Position numbers and translations under genes: made by a program. The notes beneath the pieces are model-generated. The model made no database searches, was not told the origin of the DNA, and saw nothing but the letters and a program-made list of their open reading frames with translations. Below, piece by piece: positions 15,471 to 24,010 of a stretch of 64,000 nt of DNA. The first letter of the stretch is position 1, and every line of letters starts with the position of its first letter. Location: NCBI GenBank assembly GCA_036500205.1, contig DASYCK010000079.1:40756-104755 (forward strand), in the 5' to 3' direction. The DNA is from Polyangia bacterium. GTDB lineage: Bacteria > Myxococcota_A > Polyangia > Fen-1088.

Positions 15471-18470
15471 ATGGCGACAACGGACAGGATCCACGTCTTT
15501 CTGGGCAGCTTGCGCAGGCGGCTCGTCCTGCGGGCGGCGCTGCGCGCGCTGACGCTCGGCCTGACGGCCATCCTGCTCATGCTGCTGGGGCTCGCCTTCG
15601 CCGCGGCGTCGTTCGGACCCGCGGGGTTCTGGCTCCCCTTGACGATCTCCCTCGTCGGGGCGGGCGCGCTCGGGGCGGTCGCCCTCGGCGTATGGCGACC
15701 GTGGCGGGCCGTGCGCGGCGATGCCCGGGTCGCGCACGTGGTGGGGCGCTTGCGCCCGGGCCTGACGACCCTGTCGGACGAGCTGCTCACGGCCGTCGAG
15801 CTGGCCCCACGCTCCTCGACCTCCGCCGCCACCGCGGAGCCGTCCCTGATCTCCAGCGCGCTCGTTCACGCTTTCCGCGATCGCCTGGCCGAGACCGTCG
15901 CCGTCGTGGATGCGAAGCAGTTGATCTCCATGCGCCCCGTCGCCTCGGGCGCGCTGGCGGCCGTGGTCAGCGCGGCCGTCGTCTGGGGCGCCGCGCAGAT
16001 CTCGCCGCAGTTCGTGGGGCGCGGCCTGGCGACGCTCACCCACCGGCCCAGCCGCTTCGAAGGGGCGGCGGTGTCGCTCGGTCCCATCGTGGGCGACGTT
16101 CGCATCACCTACGAATACCCGCCCTACACCGGCCTCCCCCCGCGGACCATCGAGGGCTCGACCGGCGACGTGATCGCCGTCAAGGGGACGCGCGTGAAGA
16201 TCGAGACGACGCCGTTGCGCCGCGCGCGTGGCGCCGTCCTGTTGCTGGGAGAAACCGGCGAGGCGGGCGAGCTCCCCGTGCGCATCCAGAAGGGCCTCCT
16301 GACGGTCCATCTGACGCTCGTCGACAGCGTCAGCTATCGGTTCTGGCTGCAACCGCTGATCGGTCGAGCGGTGCGCGAGCTGCGCAGCCACCGCCTGGAA
16401 GCGGAGGCGGATCGCCCCCCCCGGGTCGAGATCCACGGCCCCGCCGATCGCCTCGAGCTCACCTCGCCCCGCCCCATCGAGGTCGGCTTCGCCGCCGACG
16501 ACGACTACGGTCTGGGGGCCATCGAGCTGGTGTTTCGCGTCGACGACGGCCCGGAGCACCGGCAACCCTTGAAGGATCCGCACGGCGCCCGGCTGGCGGA
16601 GGGGCGCACCCTGTGGGATCCGTCGCATCTCGCGCTGTCTCCCGGGGCGCGCATCGCCTATCACGTCGAGGCCCGCGATCGCGACGAGATCTCGGGACCG
16701 AAGGTCGGCTCGTCGCGCACGCTGTACGTCGTGATCGCGCGGCCGCAGGAGACCGTGGGGGCGCGGCTCGATCGGCAGCGCGAGATCCTCGAGCACTTCA
16801 TCGCCGACCTGGCCGATCGCCTGGAGGTGACGGAGGCCAAGCCACCCTCGGGCGAACGCCCCAGTCCGGCCAGCTACACGACGCTCGACGAGAACGAAGA
16901 GGCGCACCTGACCTTGCTGGGGCGGCTGCTCGACGACGATCGTCGCGAGGGAAACCTGGGCAAGCCGCTGCGGGCGGCGCTGGCCGGGATCGCCGATCGC
17001 CTGGGCAAGCTGCTGCGCGAGGAGAAGGAGCTGCTCGGCAAGCGGACCCTGGCGGCGACCCGGCTGCGCGACGTCGACACCCGCCACCTGGGAGAGCTCG
17101 AGAAGAGCGTGCTGCTGATGGACGATCTGATCGGACGACAGCGCCTGGAGGATCTGGCGGCGATCGGCAAGGAGCTGACCGACGCGCATCACCGCCTGCA
17201 GGATCTGTTGACCCGCTACGCGGCCACCAACGACGAGGCGCTGCGCCGCCAGCTGGAGCGGGAGATCCGCAACCTGCGCGCCCGGCTGGCCGACCTGGCC
17301 CAGAAGGTGGCGGAGCTGAAGAGCCGGAACGACGTCGGCGAGGAGTGGCAGAACCTGCCCGACACCCGCGCGCTCGCCGAGCGGGCGAAGCGGCTCGACG
17401 ATCTGCTGGCGCAGGGGGACTCGAAGGCGATGGGTCAGGCGCTGTCCGATCTGGGCAAGGATCTGCAGAGCCTGCGGCAGATGCTGGACGAGAACGCCGA
17501 GGGGTTCGGCGCGGAGCGGTTCCCGCAGGAGAACCGGGTCGTCTCCGACCTGATGAAGAAGATCGGTGATCTGGAGGGGGATGAGCGGGCCGTCGCGGGC
17601 GACACGAAGGCGCTGGCGGACAAGCAGGACGCCGAGACGGAGAAGCGGCTACGCGACAAGCTGGCCGAGTGGACGCGGCTCGAGAACGACAAGATCGAGA
17701 AGCTGAAGCAGAAGCTCGGCGAGGTGAAGACGGGCGGCAGCGAGAGCGCCCTGTCCGAGGAGGTCGAACGGGCGCGCGAGAACGCCCGCCAGCTCAAGCG
17801 ATTGCTCGGCGAGCGCGACCTGGCGGAGGCCAAGCAGGAGGCCGACCGCGCCGTCACGAACCTGGACCGCCTCACCGAGCATCTCGACGGTGACGAGCGC
17901 CCCGGGCGCAAGGAGACGAGCCCCCGAGAGAAGGCGCGGGCCAGCGCCGCGCGCAGCGTCGCCGAGGCCCAGGGTCTGGCGCAGGAGATCTCCGACGACC
18001 TGCGTAGCCTGCTGCCCAAGCCGGAGGAGACGCTGTCGCCCGAAGATCGCGCCCGCGCCGCGGCGGAGAGCGAGCGACAAAACAGCATCGGCGACCGCAC
18101 CGAGGAGACGGCGCGCGAGGCGGCCCGGCAGCTGGGGAAGATGCCGGGCCTCGATCGCGCCGCCGATGATCTGAAGGCGGCCGCCCAGCAGATGCGCGAA
18201 GCGTCCCAGCAGCTGCGACGCGGTGACGCCAAGCAGGCGAGCGGCGCGCAGCAGAACGCCGTCGAGCGGCTGGCCAAGCTGCGCGACAGCCTGCAGGAGC
18301 GCTCGAGCGGCGGCGCCTCGCCCCAGCACGATCCCGTGCGCATCCCCGGCGCCGACGAGTCGCAAGCGCCCCGGGCCTGGCGTCAGGAGCTGATGGACGC
18401 CATGAAAGAGAAGGCGCCCGAGCACTTCCGCGACGACGTCCGCCGCTACTACGAGGAGCTGGTGCGTTGA
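15471..18470 (+). CDS. DUF4175-like large membrane-anchored coiled-coil protein
   Basis: ORF 15396..18470(+); ATG 15471. Two N-terminal TM helices, a central globular part, a long charged coiled-coil region (E/R/K/L/A rich), and the tail EHFRDDVRRYYEELVR. Confidence 0.55.
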   Translation: MATTDRIHVFLGSLRRRLVLRAALRALTLGLTAILLMLLGLAFAAASFGPAGFWLPLTISLVGAGALGAVALGVWRPWRAVRGDARVAHVVGRLRPGLTTLSDELLTAVELAPRSSTSAATAEPSLISSALVHAFRDRLAETVAVVDAKQLISMRPVASGALAAVVSAAVVWGAAQISPQFVGRGLATLTHRPSRFEGAAVSLGPIVGDVRITYEYPPYTGLPPRTIEGSTGDVIAVKGTRVKIETTPLRRARGAVLLLGETGEAGELPVRIQKGLLTVHLTLVDSVSYRFWLQPLIGRAVRELRSHRLEAEADRPPRVEIHGPADRLELTSPRPIEVGFAADDDYGLGAIELVFRVDDGPEHRQPLKDPHGARLAEGRTLWDPSHLALSPGARIAYHVEARDRDEISGPKVGSSRTLYVVIARPQETVGARLDRQREILEHFIADLADRLEVTEAKPPSGERPSPASYTTLDENEEAHLTLLGRLLDDDRREGNLGKPLRAALAGIADRLGKLLREEKELLGKRTLAATRLRDVDTRHLGELEKSVLLMDDLIGRQRLEDLAAIGKELTDAHHRLQDLLTRYAATNDEALRRQLEREIRNLRARLADLAQKVAELKSRNDVGEEWQNLPDTRALAERAKRLDDLLAQGDSKAMGQALSDLGKDLQSLRQMLDENAEGFGAERFPQENRVVSDLMKKIGDLEGDERAVAGDTKALADKQDAETEKRLRDKLAEWTRLENDKIEKLKQKLGEVKTGGSESALSEEVERARENARQLKRLLGERDLAEAKQEADRAVTNLDRLTEHLDGDERPGRKETSPREKARASAARSVAEAQGLAQEISDDLRSLLPKPEETLSPEDRARAAAESERQNSIGDRTEETAREAARQLGKMPGLDRAADDLKAAAQQMREASQQLRRGDAKQASGAQQNAVERLAKLRDSLQERSSGGASPQHDPVRIPGADESQAPRAWRQELMDAMKEKAPEHFRDDVRRYYEELVR

Positions 18471-20128
18471 GGACGCCCCGCGCTCGCCTCGCGCTCGGCC
18501 TGCTGGTCGCGGGGCTAGCTGTCCGCCCCGCGTCGGCGCAGCAAGGCGGCGCGCCCCCTTCGGGGTTCCTGTCGGCGGCGGGACAGCAGGCCGAGCGCAG
18601 CCTCGACGAATGGCGCTTCGCCGACGGGCGCGCGCGCATCGCCGAGCTGTCCGTCCGCTCCCCGCCGACGACCGAGGCGGCGTACCTCGACGGCTACGCG
18701 CGCTTCCTCGAAGGGGACTACACGGGGGCGGTCACGAACCTGAACCTGGCCGCCGAGGCCGCGCCCACCGACGTGAACGTCAAGGAACTGGCCGCGCTGG
18801 CGCGCGCCGCCGCCGACGCCGTCAAGGATCACAAGGAGGCGCGCTCGACCCACTTTCTGGTGCGCTACCCGCCCGAGGACGCCGTCCTCGTTCCCTACGC
18901 GCTCGAGACGCTGGAGGCGGCGTACGCGGCGCTGGCCAGCGACCTCGGCTTCGCCGCCGAGATGCCGGTGCGGGTGGAGTTCTATCGCAGCCCGACCGAT
19001 CTCGCGGCCGTGTCGTCGCTGTCGGCGGCCGAGGTCGAGCGCACCGGCACCATCGCGCTGTGCAAGTGGGCGCGCCTGATGGTGACCACGCCACGCGCGC
19101 TGTCCTACGGCTACCCCTGGCTCGACAGCATCAATCACGAGCTGATCCACTACGCCGTCTCGCAGCTGACCCACGATCGCGCCCCGGTCTGGATGCAGGA
19201 GGGGCTGGCGAAGTTCATGGAGAAACGCTGGCGCGAGCCGGCCGGGGGAAAGCTGGCGCCGGCCATGGAGCACCTGCTGGCCAAGGCGCTCCACGGCGGC
19301 AAGCTGATCAGCTTCGATGCCATGCACCCATCGATGGCGAAGCTCCCCTCGGCCGAGGACGCCTCGCTGGCGTTCGCCGAGGTGGCCACGGCGATCGCGA
19401 CGCTGCACGCCCAGGGGGGGATGCCGGCGTTGCGGAGCGCCATCGCGGCCGTGGCCGACGGCGGCGACGCTCGCAAGGCGGTCGCGGCGGCGGCGGGCGG
19501 CGGCTGGCCCGAGTTCGAGCGCGCCTGGAAGAGCTACATGGTCGGGCTGAAGCTGAAGACCTATCCTGGCTTCGACATCCCCACCACCCACATCCGCAAG
19601 TCGGCCGCGATCGCCTCGCGCCGCAAGCCGACCGAGGACGAGGCCTCCGGGGGGCTGAAGGCCTCCGGTCCGCTGCGCTACCTGCGCCTCGGCAACATCC
19701 TGTTGAAGCGCAACCGCCCCCGCGCCGCCGTGCTGGAATACGAGCGGGGCGCGCACGCCGCGACGATCGGCCGCAGCCCCGCCACCGGTCCCGAGGCGGC
19801 CGCCGCCAACTGGCTGTTCCCGGTCAAGCTGGGACGAACGTATCTGGCGCTCGCCGAGCCCGACCAGGCGCTGCGGGCCATCGAGCACACCCGCGCCATC
19901 TATCCCGATCTGCCGTGGCCGAACCTCATCGCCGGGCAGGCGCTGCTGGCGAAGGGCGAAGCGAGGGACGCGGCGGTCGCCTTTCGCGCGGCGCTGGCCA
20001 CGAACCCCTTCGATCCCGCGGTGCACTGCGGGCTGGGGGACGCCTACGCCCAGCTTCCGGCCGCCGAGCGCCCCCCCGATGACCGCATCGCCCGCGAGCG
20101 ACAGTTCTGCAAGGAACTGGCGGAGTAG
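18467..20128 (+). CDS. Secreted MA-clan metallopeptidase-like (HExxH...EG) protein with TPR repeats
   Basis: The TTG start overlaps the upstream TGA (TTGA). Signal peptide LLVAGLAVRPASAQQ. Motif INHELIHYAV..VWMQEGLAKFME. C-terminal TPR-like repeats. Confidence 0.65.
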   Translation: MRTPRARLALGLLVAGLAVRPASAQQGGAPPSGFLSAAGQQAERSLDEWRFADGRARIAELSVRSPPTTEAAYLDGYARFLEGDYTGAVTNLNLAAEAAPTDVNVKELAALARAAADAVKDHKEARSTHFLVRYPPEDAVLVPYALETLEAAYAALASDLGFAAEMPVRVEFYRSPTDLAAVSSLSAAEVERTGTIALCKWARLMVTTPRALSYGYPWLDSINHELIHYAVSQLTHDRAPVWMQEGLAKFMEKRWREPAGGKLAPAMEHLLAKALHGGKLISFDAMHPSMAKLPSAEDASLAFAEVATAIATLHAQGGMPALRSAIAAVADGGDARKAVAAAAGGGWPEFERAWKSYMVGLKLKTYPGFDIPTTHIRKSAAIASRRKPTEDEASGGLKASGPLRYLRLGNILLKRNRPRAAVLEYERGAHAATIGRSPATGPEAAAANWLFPVKLGRTYLALAEPDQALRAIEHTRAIYPDLPWPNLIAGQALLAKGEARDAAVAFRAALATNPFDPAVHCGLGDAYAQLPAAERPPDDRIARERQFCKELAE

Positions 20129-20134
20129 CCGGCG

Positions 20135-20476
20135 CTACGACGGCTTGATCTCGTAGAGACCTAGCGCCCGGTTGGCGACGAACCGCACCTCCGCGCCCAG
20201 CCCGTCGGGGCCCTCGTCCTGGCAGCGCGACAGGATCTGCAGCAGCGCTTCACGGGTGCGCCGCAGCTCGAAGATCAACCAGCGCACCTCGATGGAGCTC
20301 TCGGAGGACTCCTGTTGGGCGCGCTCGATGTCGCGGAGCCGCCATTCGGTTCGTTCCAGGGAATCGAGCTGGCGCCCTTCCCCGAAGCAGTCGGGGCAGA
20401 CCGTGGGACCATTCTCGGTCCCGATCTCGCCCGCGCCATGACAGGACGAACAGCGTTCGGAGACAGGCTCGCTCAT
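20135..20476 (-). CDS. Small zinc-ribbon protein (two CxxCxGxG motifs)
   Basis: ATG 20476 within ORF 20135..20647(-). Contains CSSCHGAGE and CPDCFGEGR, followed by a helical acidic tail. Its stop is 6 bp from the convergent stop at 20128. Confidence 0.55.
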   Translation of the reverse strand: MSEPVSERCSSCHGAGEIGTENGPTVCPDCFGEGRQLDSLERTEWRLRDIERAQQESSESSIEVRWLIFELRRTREALLQILSRCQDEGPDGLGAEVRFVANRALGLYEIKPS

Positions 20477-20660
20477 GGGACGGCATTTTCCTCGATCGCG
20501 GGCCCGGTCGTCCAGGGTCGTTCGACGCACGCGGCCGTGGCCAGCACGTGCGTCACGAACCGTTCGCTTCATGACGTCTGCGGCGCGCCATGATATGTAG
20601 GGCCGGCGTTCTTTTGCGCTGCTCGCCGTTTCCCGAAATCGGGTCACCCCGCGTTCCTTG

Positions 20661-20699
20661 TCTATCCCTTTGCTCTATCCCTTTGCCCTGTCCCTTTAG
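20661..20699 (+). promoter_or_regulatory. Three tandem 13-bp direct repeats in a divergent promoter region
   Basis: TCTATCCCTTTGC / TCTATCCCTTTGC / CCTGTCCCTTTAG, 53-91 bp upstream of the ATG at 20752. They overlap a possible -35 (TTTGCC), with TAGTTT (20704-20709) 16 nt downstream. Confidence 0.6.
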
Positions 20700-20751
20700 C
20701 GAGTAGTTTCCTGGTCGTTTCGACGTCGCCCGCTGCAGGAGGTCTTCTCCC

Positions 20752-22278
20752 ATGTCCCCACGCCCCTCGATCGGCGACTCGCGCGTCGCCAGCAATCTTG
20801 GCTTGATCCTGTTCGGCGCCGGTCTGATGTCGGTCTCGGCCTTCTGCACGAAGGCGTCCGACAGCGGCGGCGGCTCCGGCTCGGGGGGCAAGTCCGGGGG
20901 GTCGACCGGCGGGTCGAACGGATCTAGCGGCGGCTCCAACGGCTCATCGAGCGGCGGCGCGAACGGCTCTGGGGGGAGCAGCGCGTCGGGCGGCAGCTCC
21001 TCGGGGGGCACGACGAGCAGCGGAGGCAACAGCAGCGGCGGCAGCACGAGCAGCGGCGGCTCCAGCAGCGGCGGCGCGGTCGGCTCGGGGGGCGTGACGG
21101 CGAGCTCGGGCGGAACCTCCGGCGGGGACGACGCCGCGACCACGGACGCCGCCTGTCAGATGGCCACCATCATGTTCGCGCCGACGATTCCCACCGTGAC
21201 GTTGCTCGTCGATCGGTCGGGCAGCATGTTCCACTGTCTCAGCGGCAACACCGGCGACGCGATCTGCGCCGACATGACCAACACCTCCTGGTACAACCTG
21301 AAGACTGCGATCGAGTCGGTGCTGACCCAGCTCGACTCGCAGGTGCGCTTCGGCTTCTCGACGGTCTGGGGCACCAACCCGGCGTCCGGTGGAATGTGCC
21401 CGTCGCTGCAGGGGATGACCACGGACGCCGTGCCTCCGGCCTTGAACAACGCCGCCGCCATCACGAAGCTCTACGACGGTCTGGCGCTGCCGCCCAACAG
21501 CACGCAGTCGGGGATGAAGTTCGAGTCACCGGCCAGCGAGTCGATCGCCGTCGCGGCGAAGGCGCTGGCGGCCGATACCAGCCCTGGCGGCAAGTACATC
21601 ATCTTCTTGACCGACGGGCAGCCGGACTACTGCGACGACTCCAACTCGCTGTGCGCCCCGGACTCCGTCGTCTACCAGTTGCAGGCGGCGGCCACGGCGG
21701 GCGTCAAGACGATCGTCTTCGGCGTGCAGACGTCGCTCTTCGATCTGGCGCCCGGCGTGTTGCAGTCGTTCGCCAACGCCGGCGCCGGCGAGCCGACGCT
21801 CGCCCCGGTGAAAACGGGCGGGACCGCGAACGACTTCTACGACCAGTGCAACGGCCTCGCCCCCTGGGCGGCCGACCTGGCCGCCTCCGGCAAACCCAGC
21901 ATGCGGGGCTCGACGGCCGGCACGTACGCGACGACGATGGGGCCGACGATGCCCTACCAGCCGAGCGCCTCGAATCTGAGCCAGCTGGTGACCCAGCTGA
22001 CCGCGGCCATCAGCGGCGTCAAGAGCTGCGACTTCGATCTCGGCAACGTCGGTGGCCAGTCGATCAAGGTCGATCTGACCCAGCTCGCCTCGGCGCACGT
22101 CTGCCTGGGCAAGACCTGCCCCGACACGACCGAGGTGACGCAGGACGCGACCAACGGCTGGTCGATGTCGTCGGCGACGCAGCTCACGTTGAACGGCACC
22201 GCCTGCGACAAGTGGCGGATGCCGAACAACAACGACATCAGCTTCGACTTCCCCTGCAAGTCGATCATCTTCGAATGA
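20752..22278 (+). CDS. Secreted/lipoprotein vWA-domain protein with Gly/Ser-rich linker
   Basis: SD GCAGGAGG upstream. Hydrophobic N-terminus ending in Cys (SAFC), ~110-aa G/S/T linker, MIDAS motif LLVDRSGSM, and later YIIFLTDGQPDYC. Many Cys residues. Confidence 0.7.
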   Translation: MSPRPSIGDSRVASNLGLILFGAGLMSVSAFCTKASDSGGGSGSGGKSGGSTGGSNGSSGGSNGSSSGGANGSGGSSASGGSSSGGTTSSGGNSSGGSTSSGGSSSGGAVGSGGVTASSGGTSGGDDAATTDAACQMATIMFAPTIPTVTLLVDRSGSMFHCLSGNTGDAICADMTNTSWYNLKTAIESVLTQLDSQVRFGFSTVWGTNPASGGMCPSLQGMTTDAVPPALNNAAAITKLYDGLALPPNSTQSGMKFESPASESIAVAAKALAADTSPGGKYIIFLTDGQPDYCDDSNSLCAPDSVVYQLQAAATAGVKTIVFGVQTSLFDLAPGVLQSFANAGAGEPTLAPVKTGGTANDFYDQCNGLAPWAADLAASGKPSMRGSTAGTYATTMGPTMPYQPSASNLSQLVTQLTAAISGVKSCDFDLGNVGGQSIKVDLTQLASAHVCLGKTCPDTTEVTQDATNGWSMSSATQLTLNGTACDKWRMPNNNDISFDFPCKSIIFE

Positions 22279-23891
22279 CCCGCGCGCGCCATGCCACGAA
22301 AAGCAGAAAGAAGCCCATGGGGATGAGAGATACGCGTTCCGGCGTCCGGACCTGGATGTTCGCATCCCTCGCCCTGGCGAGCGGCGCGGTCGGTTGCAAG
22401 ACCATCGCCCCCTCGACGGGCGGCAGTGGAGGGGGCAATGGTTCGGGCAGCGGCGGCAGCGGCAGCGGGCAGGACGCCGGCGGCCTGGACGTCCCCATGA
22501 TGCCCGACGTGGCCATGGAGCACCTCTCGTCGGGCGATGCGGGGGACGCGGTGGGGGACGGCATCTGCGCCGCCACCACATCGTCGGCGATGCTGGTCCC
22601 GCTCGACCTCTACGTGATGATGGACAGCTCGAAGTCGATGAACGAGACCGACTCGATGGGGACCGACAAGTGGACCGATCTCAAGAACGCCATGTCGAGC
22701 TTCTTCAACGACGCCAACTCGAAGAGCTTCAACGTGGCGCTGTCCTACTTTCCCGACGAGCAGGGGGGCGTACCGGAGGTTTGCAACACGGACGCCGATT
22801 GCACCAGCGGAACGAACCCGTGCGATCAGCGAAAGGCCTGCGTCGCCAAGGCACAGTTCAGCATGGCGCCGTCGACCCTGTGCACGAAAGACGCCGACTG
22901 TGTCACGGCCGGTGACGGCGATTCCTGCGTCCCCATTCAAAAGTGCCCCGTCGGACCGAACTGCCAGCAGCGAAGCTGCGTGGCTGGCCCCAGCTCGACG
23001 ACCAGCTGTCCCACCGGCTGTACGCCCTACACCGGCTATTGCCGGGGACGAGACATCTGCCAGTCCGATGACTACGCGACGCCGAAGGTACCGTTTGGCT
23101 CGCTCTCGGACTCGTCCGTCGTCTCGGCGCTGACCACGTCGCTCGCCAATCATTCACCGAGCGGCTTCACGCCCACCGGCCCCGCGCTGACGGGCGCCCT
23201 GAAGGCGGCCCAGCAAAACGCCATCGACCACCCCGATCACAAGACCGTGATCGTGCTGGTGACAGACGGCCTGCCCGGCTCCTTCATCCCCTGCCCCTCC
23301 GGCATGACCTGCTCGACGACGCCCACGGCCTGCAGTCCGCCGGACGTCGCGGGGGTCGCCAACCTGTTGGCGACGGGAGCGATGGGCATGCCCACGGCGA
23401 CGCCGCCGGTTCCCCCCATCCAGACCTTCGTCATCGGCATCTTCGGCCCCTGCGATCTCACCAACGCGACGATGAATCCGCAAACCAACCTCGACAGCTG
23501 GGCCATGTCCGGGGGGACCAGCAAGTCGGTCATCGTCGACACCAGTCAGGACGTCACGCAGAAGATCAGCGACGCCCTGAAAGAGGTTCAGTCGACCGTC
23601 ATCACCTGCCAGTACGCCATTCCCAAGAACGTCGCGGGAGGCATCGAGTTCTCGAAGGTGAACGTCGAGTTCTCGTCGTCCGCCATGAACACGCCGTCTC
23701 CGGTCCACTACGTCGGCGCCAAGGACAAGTGTGACTCGACCACGGGCGGCTGGTACTACGACGTATCGCCCGATCCCCCGACCAGTGGCACGCCGACCCA
23801 GATCATCGCCTGCGACGCGAGCTGCGCGACCTTCAAGGCAACGGACGGCGCCAAGGTCGATATCGCGCTGGGCTGCGCGACAATCAACTGA
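22275..23891 (+). CDS. Cys-rich vWA-domain lipoprotein
   Basis: In frame within ORF 21396..23891(+). ATG 22275 overlaps the upstream TGA (ATGA); ATG 22317 is an alternative. Lipobox LASGAVGC, G/S linker, MIDAS motif YVMMDSSKSM, IVLVTDGLP, and a Cys-dense insertion (CNTDADCTSGTNPCDQRKAC...). Confidence 0.7.
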   Translation: MTRARHATKSRKKPMGMRDTRSGVRTWMFASLALASGAVGCKTIAPSTGGSGGGNGSGSGGSGSGQDAGGLDVPMMPDVAMEHLSSGDAGDAVGDGICAATTSSAMLVPLDLYVMMDSSKSMNETDSMGTDKWTDLKNAMSSFFNDANSKSFNVALSYFPDEQGGVPEVCNTDADCTSGTNPCDQRKACVAKAQFSMAPSTLCTKDADCVTAGDGDSCVPIQKCPVGPNCQQRSCVAGPSSTTSCPTGCTPYTGYCRGRDICQSDDYATPKVPFGSLSDSSVVSALTTSLANHSPSGFTPTGPALTGALKAAQQNAIDHPDHKTVIVLVTDGLPGSFIPCPSGMTCSTTPTACSPPDVAGVANLLATGAMGMPTATPPVPPIQTFVIGIFGPCDLTNATMNPQTNLDSWAMSGGTSKSVIVDTSQDVTQKISDALKEVQSTVITCQYAIPKNVAGGIEFSKVNVEFSSSAMNTPSPVHYVGAKDKCDSTTGGWYYDVSPDPPTSGTPTQIIACDASCATFKATDGAKVDIALGCATIN

Positions 23892-23895
23892 CGGA

Positions 23896-24010
23896 CATGA
23901 GGGGGCACGCCGAGCATGAGGGGGCGAGCCCCCTCATGAGCTCCCCCGAAGAGTAGGCCGGCAGGGCCGGCGCGGCTGAGCCGCGCCTCCCGGGTGCTTG
24001 GACGCGCTCA
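23896..24010 (-). repeat. REP-like intergenic palindromic element, copy B (inverted relative to copy A)
   Basis: The reverse complement aligns block by block with 2955..3063. Contains CATGAGGGGGCGAGCCCCCTCATG and GGCGCGGCTGAGCCGCGCC hairpins. Fills the gap between convergent genes and overlaps the GH3 stop codon. Confidence 0.8.

Noticed and set aside
20553-21143. Pro-rich minus-strand ORF (PPEVPPELAVTPPEP...)
   Set aside because: It is the mirror image of the Gly/Ser-linker coding region of the vWA lipoprotein gene and is not an independent gene.
21396-22274. N-terminal 290-aa extension of ORF 21396..23891
   Set aside because: The extension is Arg/Gly-rich and overlaps the well-supported 20752..22278 gene in another frame. 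A lipoprotein signal begins right after ATG 22275/22317.
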